This document shows, in pieces, positions 19,934 through 27,876 of a stretch of DNA of 27,876 nucleotides (position 1 is its first letter; the number at the start of each line of letters is the position of its first letter). Position numbers and translations under genes: made by a program. This DNA comes from Malacoraja senta. Lineage: Eukaryota. The stretch lies in contig JAXLNO010000326.1 in the NCBI GenBank assembly GCA_038087875.1, forward strand, positions 124,001 through 151,876, in the 5' to 3' direction. The notes beneath the pieces are model-generated. The model was not told the DNA's origin, did no database searches, and saw nothing but the letters and a program-made list of their open reading frames with translations.

Positions 19934-20829
19934 CGCACAAAGGATACAATGAATAAAATTTCTCTATACGCAGATGATGTATTAATTTACATTACAAAAC
20001 CAGAAATTAGTATCCAAATTTATTAAAGCTAATAACCCAATTGGTTCACTCTCTGGATACAGAATAAATTGGAATAAAAGCGAAATTATGCCAATAAGGG
20101 AACATAATAAACATATAATACAACAATTTCCGTTTAAAATAGTAAACGAAAAATTCAAATACCTAGGCATTTATGTCACTAAGACATATACATCATTATT
20201 AAAGCAAAGTTTCCCCCATTACTGAATAAACTACATAAGAAAATTCAGTATTAGAAAACACTTCCTATCTCAATGGTTGGTAAAATTAATGCCATAAAAA
20301 TGATTTTCTTACCGCAAATATTATACCTTTTTCAAACAATTCCGATATACTTGTCAAAATACTTTTTTAAAAAGTTGGATTCCATTGTCAGTGACTTTAT
20401 CTGGGATTACAAGAATCATAGGATAAGCAAAAAACATCTATGCAAATCTAAAACAAATGCAGGCCTGGTTTACCAAACTTTTGGTTTTATTTTAGGGCAG
20501 TTTACATTAAAAATATGAATTTTGGTTGGAAGAAATAGATCAACAACCAGATTGGTTAAAAATGGAAAAGGAAGATTGTTCACCTTTTGAAATCGGCTCG
20601 ATACTATTCGCTACTTCTAAATTAAACAACAAAATTTATAGGGAAAATCCTATAATATATAGTGCTATGCGAATTTGGAAACAATTAAAAAAGACATAAA
20701 ATTAGATAACTTATCACTTTTTCTTCCAATTGTGAATAATCCTTTGTTTAAGCCCTCATGGTTGGACAAAGGTTTTACACAATGGAAAAACTATGTAATT
20801 AAAACAGATGGGACAACTTTACAAGGAAG

Positions 20830-23334
20830 ATTCAGATTCAGATTCAGATTCAACTTTATTGTCATTGTGCAGTGTACAGTACAGAGACAACGAAATGCAG
20901 TTAGCATCTCCCTAGAAGAGCGACATAAATATGAGCAGTAAATAAATAAATCTAATCTAATAAATCCTGGTGGGAGGAGTGTCCGGGGGGGGTGTGATTG
21001 GCAGTCACCGAGGTACAGTGTTGAGTAGTGTAACCGCCGCAGGGAAGAAGCTGTTCCTGGACCTGCTGGTCCGGCAACGGAGAGACCTGTAGCGCCTCCC
21101 GGATGGTAGGAGGGTAAACAGTCTGTGGTTGGGGTGAGAGCAGTCCTTGGCGATGCTGAGCGCCCTTCGCAGACAACGCTTGCTTTGGACAGACTCAATG
21201 GTGGGGAGTGAGGAACCGGTGATGCGTTGGGCAATTTTCACCACCCTCTGCAGTGCTTTCCGGTCGGAGACAGAGCAGTTGCCATACCATACTGTGATGC
21301 AGTTGGTAAGATGCTCTCGATGGTGCAGCGGTAGAAGTTCACCAGAATCCGAGGAGACAGATGGACCTTCTTTAGTCTCCTCAGGAAGAAGAGACGCTGG
21401 TGAGCCTTCTTGACCAGAGTTGAGGTATTGTTGGTCCAAGAGAGGTCATCGGAGATGTTGACCCCCAGGAACCTGAAGCTGGAAACACGTTCCACCACCC
21501 TCCCGTTAATGTGGATGGGGGTGTGCATGCCGCCCCTAGACTTCCTGAAGTCTACAATGAGCTCCATGGTCTTCTTGGAGTTAAGGGCCAGGTTGTTGTC
21601 AGCGCACCATGCTGCTAGGAGCTGGACCTCCTCCCTATAGGCCGACTCATCGTTGTTGCTGATGAGGCCAATCACCGTTGTATCATCTGCATACTTGATG
21701 ATGGTGTTAGTACCATGTACAGGTGTGCAGTCGTAGGTGAAGAGGGAGTAGAGGAGGGGGCTCAGCACACAGCCCTGTGGAACGCCGGTGTTCAGGGTGA
21801 GGGTTGAAGAGGTGTGCTTGTCTAACCTAACAGACTGGGGTCTGTTGGTTAGAAAGTCCAGTATCCAGTTGCAGAGGGAGGGGTCGATGCCCAGGTCACC
21901 GAGTTTGGTGATCAGTTTAGAGGGTATGATGGTGTTGAATGCTGAGCTGTAATCGATGAACAGCATTCTTACGTAAGTGTCTCTGTTGTCGAGGTGGGAG
22001 AGGGCGGAGTGAAGTGCCGTTGAGATGGCATCCTCCGTACTCCTGTTCTTGCGGTAGGCAAACTGATAGGGATCCAACGTGGGGGGTAGGCAGCCTTTGA
22101 GGTGTGCCAGGACCAGCCTCTCGAAGCACTTGGCGATGATGGGAGTAAGTGCAACTGGGCGGAAGTCGTTGAGGCTTGCCGCAGTGGAGTGTTTTGGCAC
22201 CGGCACGATGGAGGTGGATTTAAGGCACGTGGGCACAACTGCTTGGGCAAGTGACAGGTTGAAGATGTCAGTCCAGACGTCTGTCAGCTGCGCAGCACAG
22301 GCCCTGAGGACGCGCCCGGGGATGCCGTCGGGGCCAGCAGCCTTACGTGCATTAGTCCTACTCAGTGCCACGTACACGTCGAAGGGGGTGAGTGAGAGGG
22401 GCTGGTGATCGGCAGGGAGCACCGCCTTGATGGCCAACTGCCGATTGTCCCTATCGAAACGGCCATAGAAGTGGTTGAGCTCCTCAAGGAAGGAGGCGTT
22501 ACTGGATGTGGGGGTGGTGTTGGTGGGTCTAAAGTCCGTGATGGCCTGGATGCCTTGCCACATGCGTCGGAGGTCGGAGTTGTTGTTGAAGTGCTCCTCA
22601 ATCCTGAGTTTATGGCAGTGCTTGGCCTTCTTTAAGCCCTTCTTCAGGTTAGCCCTGGATGAACTATAGGCTCGGGCATCGCCTGACCTGAAAGCGGTGT
22701 CCCGTGCTTTCAGCAGTAGCCTGACCTCGCTGTTCATCCATGGCTTCTGATTCGGGAATATGGTCACCTGTTTGAGGGAGGTGACGCTGTTGATGGTGGA
22801 GTTTATAAAGTCCAGAACAGATGATGTATAGGAGTCAATGTCCGTGTGGGAGTCAAGGGTGGCCTGGGCTGCAAACGCCTTCCAGTCAGTGTTTCCAAAA
22901 CACTGCTGAAGTGTGGAGTCCGCATCCTCTAACCAGACTTTAACTGTCCTCACAGTAGGTTTAACCCGTCTGATGAGTGGGGAGTACTTTGGGAGCAGGA
23001 ACAATGAGAGGTGATCAGACTGTCCAAGGTGGGGGAGGGGGACGGCTTTGTAAGCTTCAGCCATGTTGGTGTAGACTTTGTCCAGTGTCTTGCCTTCTCT
23101 AGTGGCGAAGGAGACATGTTGGTGGAATTTGGGGAGTACAGTCTTCAGGTTGGAGTGATTGAAGTCACCCGCAACAATGAAGGCTGCCTCGGGGTTGTGA
23201 GTCTGTTGTTTGCTAATGGCAGAATGCAGATCTTTCATTGCAAGCTTGGCATTAGCATCAGGAGGAATATAGGCTGCAGTCACAACAGTGGAGGTAAACT
23301 CTCTGGGCAGATAGAACGGTCTGCATCTAACCAA
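20830..23334 (-). mobile_element. Rex1/Babar-clade LINE, 5'-truncated in the endonuclease, with (GAATCT)n tail
   Basis: The host L1 frame GQLYKE|GTFLSFQ is split, with GAAG duplicated at 20826-20829 and 23335-23338. The minus-strand 3' end reads CATTTCGTTG..AATGACAATAAAG(TGAATC)n. Confidence 0.93.
21005..23334 (-). pseudogene. Rex1 EN-RT polyprotein, open for ~680 codons with a single frameshift near 21305
   Basis: [57 protein letters not shown]. The C-terminus ITVWYGNC..NSFFPAAV lies in ORF 21005-21439. Confidence 0.92.
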
Positions 23335-24747
23335 GAAGGCACTTTTCTTTCATTTCAGGAGTTGCAGCAAACTTATGGAATTCAAGTAAATGATTTTTTC
23401 AGATATCTTCAACTTAGAGATTATGTAAAAGCAAATACTCAAAACTTTAGAATTAGAAATTCAGAAATTCTTGATGACTGTTGGAATAAACATCCTAACA
23501 CAGAAAAATTAATATCTTACATATATAATATTTTATTAGACAGTGATATCCCATCGACGGACTTGCATAGACAAACATGGGAAAAAGAACTAAATCAAAT
23601 AATAACGAAAGATACTTGGGAAGAAAGTTTACAACACATACATCAATGTTCATTAAATGCCAGACGCTCTCTAATACAATTTAAAGTAATACACAGGTTA
23701 CATTATTCTAAAACAAAATTAAATAAAATCTTTCCACATATTTCACCTATATGTGATAAATGTCAACATTTAGAAGCTAACTTATCTCATATGTTTGCAA
23801 ATTGCATAAAAATTAAAAAATTCTGGGCAAATATTTTCAGAATATTTACTAGCACTCAATTAGACCCGGATCCAAAATTAATAATACTAGGAACATTAGA
23901 ACTAAATCAAACATTTACAACAACTCAAAGAAACTTTATTGATTATAGTATAATAACTGGGAAAAAATTAATTCTAAAATTTTGGAAAGGCCCTATAGCC
24001 CCCACAATTAAAATGTGGATTATAGAAATGACGGAGACCTTACACTTGGAAAGAACTAGACTTGTCCTGTTGGACAAACAAGAACTATTTGCTGGAACAT
24101 GGTCTCCCTTTATTGATTATCTAAAGGGTCAGAACGGTTCAGCACGAGAACCTGACTAGCACTCGAGCCAAGGAATAGATGAAATGTTATATTCTGAAAT
24201 GTACGAATATATCTCGAATGAAGTTTTTTATCTTTATATTCCATTCTTCTTTATTATCTCTTTCTTTTTTGTTTTCTTTGTTTCCTTTTTTTTCCTTTTC
24301 TCTCTTTTCTTTCTTTATTTCATTTATCTTTTTAGTTCTATTTAGTTAAAAAAAAAATTAAAAAAAAAGTATTGGAGACAATGTAATAATATTTGACAAT
24401 ATTATTAATTTAAATATGTAAGACTGGTAACGACTTTAATATGATATGTACTTACCTCCAATAAAAAATATTTTCCCAAAAAAAATAAAAAATAAAAGAA
24501 TCTGTTTCTGGACTCTGATATTCTGACTTAACTTTTGCGGCAACTCAGATCATTTGTTTCCAAAAAGAGGGCTGATTTATCACACAATTCCTGCATCTGC
24601 CCACCTGTACAGGTGCTATCCCTGTCGATGTCAGCTCTCTGTGCTCAGCCCCTTCCCTATTCCCACTTCCGTGTGAACCTCATTTCTTGCATCAGGTGCA
24701 CACGCACTGTCAGGGCATCATATATATGTCACAGAAGGCTCACAAAC

Positions 24748-24840
24748 CTTTTTGTTCCTTTGATGTAGAGGCCACTGAATCACTTCCCCAGTCACCACCT
24801 TCAGCCACGATGTCAGCAGGCGTTCCCAAACTCGGTAGCT
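24748..24840 (-). other. Candidate 93-nt host exon
   Basis: Acceptor TATTGTTTATTTCAG| and donor AAG|GTTTGT. Length is divisible by 3, two frames are open, and the stretch lies outside recognisable repeats. Confidence 0.3.
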
Positions 24841-25037
24841 CTGAAATAAACAATATTAATAGAACCATCAGGTGACAATTGAATGTGAAGGAAGACATTG
24901 CCTTGTGAACCAACAAACAGCATTACAGTGCAGCGGAGATGTGGAAAACACCCCATCCAAACAAGATGGTATACCCCAGCAAATTAGCAAACAATAATAG
25001 CAGGAGTAGACCACCTAGCTCTTCATGTCTACCCTGT

Positions 25038-25247
25038 TGTAGAGCCGTGCATGTTCCTTTAACATAATGACCTCACTACTACTAACCACTCCCCATTAGC
25101 TTCAGTATAAATGTAACCTTCCCACCCCTAGCTCGCTCTCTAGCTCCGGTAACGGACCACGAACAGCTAGGGCAATATGTGTGTATACGAATACAATGTA
25201 TGCAATAAACTAGAGTGAAGACACTATGCGTTTGAACAGTCTTTACA
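25038..25247 (+). repeat. 5' LTR (~210 bp)
   Basis: TGTAGAG...CTTTACA termini (alternative start TG at 25035). TATAAA at 25106 and AATAAA at 25204. Directly followed by the PBS. Confidence 0.8.
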
Positions 25248-25261
25248 TGGTGTCAAGAAGT
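25248..25261 (+). promoter_or_regulatory. Primer-binding site, tRNA-Leu-like
   Basis: TGGTGTCAAGAAGT complements a tRNA-Leu 3' end (ACTTCTGACACCA) with one extra A. Confidence 0.7.
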
Positions 25262-25339
25262 TAACCCTGCGTCTCCTGTTCATCGGGTTTGTTTTCTTTT
25301 CTCCAAGTGTTTATTTTCCTTTCCAACCATTTATGTACT

Positions 25340-27876
25340 ATGGCCAGCTCGTGTCGAAAGCCTGACGTTCTGGTGTTTGACTCCGACATCGTCCACCGGT
25401 GGACTATTTTCCGGCGCGACTTCCTGCACTATGTCGCCATCGCTCATCCCAATATTACCCCTGCGGTTAAAGCACATCTGCTCCTCAACCTGGCTGGCCC
25501 GGAGGCGATGGAACGTTTTGAATCTTTTGAGTACGCCGATGGTGAGCATGCAGAGGACCCCGTATGTCTCATCAATAAATTTGCCGCTCTGTGTGACATT
25601 CCCACCAATTGCATTATAGAGCGGTTCAAGTTTTTCAGCAGGCGCCAGAAACCCGGGGAGCACATCGACACCTTCGTGGCATCGTTGCGTCACCTGGCAC
25701 GGCGTTGCCACCTGGAGACGTTGACCCCCGACCAGATGGTCAGAGATGTCCTAGTTCACGGTCTACAGGACGCGAAGCTACGGGCTGAGCTTCTGAGAAA
25801 GCCGGGCCTCACTTTAAACGACGCTTTGCATGCCTCTCGCATGTCTCCTGCTGTCGACGCCGTATCTCCCCCTGAAGCTGAGGACATTAACTATGCCGGT
25901 GCTGCTGGACGCCCGCGGCGCGATGGCCCGCCACGCCAGCGTAGCACTCCCGCGCCTGCGAGGGTCAATCCTCGCCGATGCCCAAACTGCAACTTTGTCA
26001 ATCATCAATTTGATGTTTGCCCTGCTCTGGGTAAGACTTGTAATTTGTGCAGGAAGCTTAATCACTTCTCCGCAGCGTGCCGTTCCAGGGGCCAGCATGT
26101 CCCTGCTCAGAGAAAGAGTCTACACAACCTGACTGCTACTGATAGTGTTTATGGCTCCGAATACCTTCCAGTCGAACTCCCTGATTCTGATAACAGCTCC
26201 TCCCATGATGAATCACTTGTTTTTTCAGTCCTGGGTGCACATGCTTTGATAGCTGATCCATCAGTTCGAGTTACTGTGAATGGGAAGACCTTCTCTGCTA
26301 AGGTAGACACGGGGGCGTTTACGAATGTTATGTCGTTAAGCCTTTTTCAGCAGATAAGAGCTGGTGAGAAGATTACCGCTGATCACTCCCGCCTCCGTGC
26401 ATATGGGGGGAGCATGCTATTCCCAGTCGGCAAGGCCACTCTTATCTGCTCTGTTCTGAAGGCCTCTCGGCCCCTCTCTTTCCTCCTGCTGGAATCTGAG
26501 AATGTTACTCTGTTGGGCGCCAGTGCGTGCCAGGACCTCGGTTTGGTGTCCTTCCACCACGACATCCACCCGGTGCAGACCCCCATGGATCCCATGTGCG
26601 AGTACCCCGACCGTTTTGACGGTGTATTGGGCAAACTACCCTGCAAGTACGAAATCGAGGTGGACCCGGAGGTCCATCCGGTAGTCCGCCCGCCTCACCG
26701 CGTCTCCTTTGCTATGAAGGACAAGGTGGAGTCCACTCTACGCCAGATGGTGGCCATGGGCATCATCAAGGAGGTGAGTGATGCCACCCGGTGGGTCTCC
26801 ACCATGGTCGTTGCGGCTAAGAAGGACAAGAGTGAGATTCGGATCTGTATCAACCCCAAGGACCTAAACATTGCCATCAAGCGCCCACACTACCCCATGC
26901 GAACGGTGGAGGATGTCGCTGCAAAGGTTGGCCCGGCCACTGTATTCTCTGTCCTCGATGCCAAGAACTCTTTCTGGCAGATTCCGCTGGATGAACGTTC
27001 ATCTTTACTGACCACGTTTGGTACACCTTTCGGCAGGTTCCGTTTCCTCCGCATGCCTTTCGGGATCAATTCTGCCAGCGAGGTTTTCCAGCGCACCATG
27101 GAACAGCTATTTGCAGGTCTGCCGTGTGCTATCATCGTCGATGACATCTTGGTGTACGGGGGGGACGTCGCTGAGCACGACCTCCACCTCCGCCTGGTCC
27201 TGGATCGGGCTCGGGAGATCAACCTCAAACTGAACCCCAAGAAGTGCCGTTTCCGCGTCCCGGAGGTCACCTACGTGGGCCACGTTTTTACGGCTGAGGG
27301 TCTGAAACCAGACCCACAGAAGACAGCTGCGGTCTCAGAGATGCCAGCTGCGGTCAACGTGCCAAGCCTGCAGCGCTTCTTGGGCATGATGAACTACCTG
27401 GGGAAATTTATTCCCGACCTCAGCGAGCTGAGTGCGCCCCTGAGGGAACTGACCAAGATGGACACTGCCTGGGTTTGGTACCCGCTGCATCACGCAGCCT
27501 TCGATGACTTAAAATCCCGCATGGTTCGCACCCCCACTCTGAAGTTCTTCGACTTAAAGCGCCCTATCGTCATTACCTGCGATGCATCAAGTTTCGGTCT
27601 CGGTGCCGCCTGCCTGCAGATCCACGACCGCCTGCAACTACCTGTCTCCTACGCCTCCCGCACCATGACTCCCACCGAGCAACGCTACGCTCAGATCGAG
27701 AAGGAGCTCCTTGCCGTGGTGTTCGCCTGCTCGAAGTTCAGGGACTACATTCTGGGTAACACCTTCACTATCGAAACCGACCACCAGCCGCTGGTCACGA
27801 TCTTGAACAAACCGATCCACGTTGCCTCTTCCCGTTTGCAGCGTATGATGCTGCAACTCCAACGCTTTACGTTTCA
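25340..27876 (+). CDS. Gypsy Gag-Pol polyprotein, open for more than 845 codons and truncated by the window end
   Basis: ATG at 25340. Two CX2CX4HX4C knuckles at 25979-26080, protease VDTGA at 26303, RT LDAKNSFWQ / RMPFG / IVDD at 27134, RNase H CDAS / EKELLA / TDHQPL, all in one frame. It is absent from the ORF track because there is no stop. Confidence 0.93.
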   Translation, partial: MASSCRKPDVLVFDSDIVHRWTIFRRDFLHYVAIAHPNITPAVKAHLLLNLAGPEAMERFESFEYADGEHAEDPVCLINKFAALCDIPTNCIIERFKFFSRRQKPGEHIDTFVASLRHLARRCHLETLTPDQMVRDVLVHGLQDAKLRAELLRKPGLTLNDALHASRMSPAVDAVSPPEAEDINYAGAAGRPRRDGPPRQRSTPAPARVNPRRCPNCNFVNHQFDVCPALGKTCNLCRKLNHFSAACRSRGQHVPAQRKSLHNLTATDSVYGSEYLPVELPDSDNSSSHDESLVFSVLGAHALIADPSVRVTVNGKTFSAKVDTGAFTNVMSLSLFQQIRAGEKITADHSRLRAYGGSMLFPVGKATLICSVLKASRPLSFLLLESENVTLLGASACQDLGLVSFHHDIHPVQTPMDPMCEYPDRFDGVLGKLPCKYEIEVDPEVHPVVRPPHRVSFAMKDKVESTLRQMVAMGIIKEVSDATRWVSTMVVAAKKDKSEIRICINPKDLNIAIKRPHYPMRTVEDVAAKVGPATVFSVLDAKNSFWQIPLDERSSLLTTFGTPFGRFRFLRMPFGINSASEVFQRTMEQLFAGLPCAIIVDDILVYGGDVAEHDLHLRLVLDRAREINLKLNPKKCRFRVPEVTYVGHVFTAEGLKPDPQKTAAVSEMPAAVNVPSLQRFLGMMNYLGKFIPDLSELSAPLRELTKMDTAWVWYPLHHAAFDDLKSRMVRTPTLKFFDLKRPIVITCDASSFGLGAACLQIHDRLQLPVSYASRTMTPTEQRYAQIEKELLAVVFACSKFRDYILGNTFTIETDHQPLVTILNKPIHVASSRLQRMMLQLQRFTF

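Larger units (their letters stand above)
19934..24496 (+). mobile_element. 5'-truncated L1 with 3' UTR, AATAAA, A-rich tail and 14-bp TSD, split by Rex1
   Basis: Begins at NKISLYADD. CDKC..HMFANC and stop at 24159. AATAAA at 24460. TSD AGAATCTGTTTCTG at 19920-19933 and 24497-24510. Confidence 0.95.
25038..27876 (+). mobile_element. Ty3/Gypsy (Mag-like) LTR retrotransposon, 5' portion
   Basis: 5' LTR, primer-binding site and a single gag-pol frame in the order Gag-PR-RT-RNase H. Confidence 0.95.

Noticed and set aside
23011..24159. 382-aa plus-strand ORF that looks like a novel protein
   Set aside because: It is antisense Rex1 (about 108 codons) joined by chance to the L1 ORF2 C-terminus, with a non-ATG start.
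25331..27862. Short ORFs listed on both strands across the Gypsy region
   Set aside because: They are shadow or antisense frames of the GC-rich gag-pol CDS.

Overview
This is eukaryotic (vertebrate) genomic DNA. The repeat families suggest a cartilaginous fish such as a skate or ray, which is inference only. Most of the window is nested retrotransposons: three L1-clade LINEs (one near full length with ORF1 and ORF2, all disrupted), at least six CR1 LINE pieces (one inserted into a near-identical copy of itself), a nearly intact 5'-truncated Rex1/Babar LINE, and a non-coding element with a Rex1-like 3' tail. There is also a probable Helitron 5' end and the 5' half of a Gypsy (Mag-like) LTR element whose gag-pol frame is open to the window edge. 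The less explained parts are (i) 2.6-5.9 kb, a CpG-rich mosaic of duplicated promoter-like modules, splice donors, minisatellites, a perfect hairpin and a candidate RFX/NF-Y promoter with a short first exon; (ii) a CpG-rich patch at 18.6-19.0 kb; and (iii) a candidate exon at 24.75-24.84 kb. I found no host gene I can name, no RNA gene and no CRISPR array. I cannot support a new biological system from sequence alone; the best leads are listed as hypotheses.
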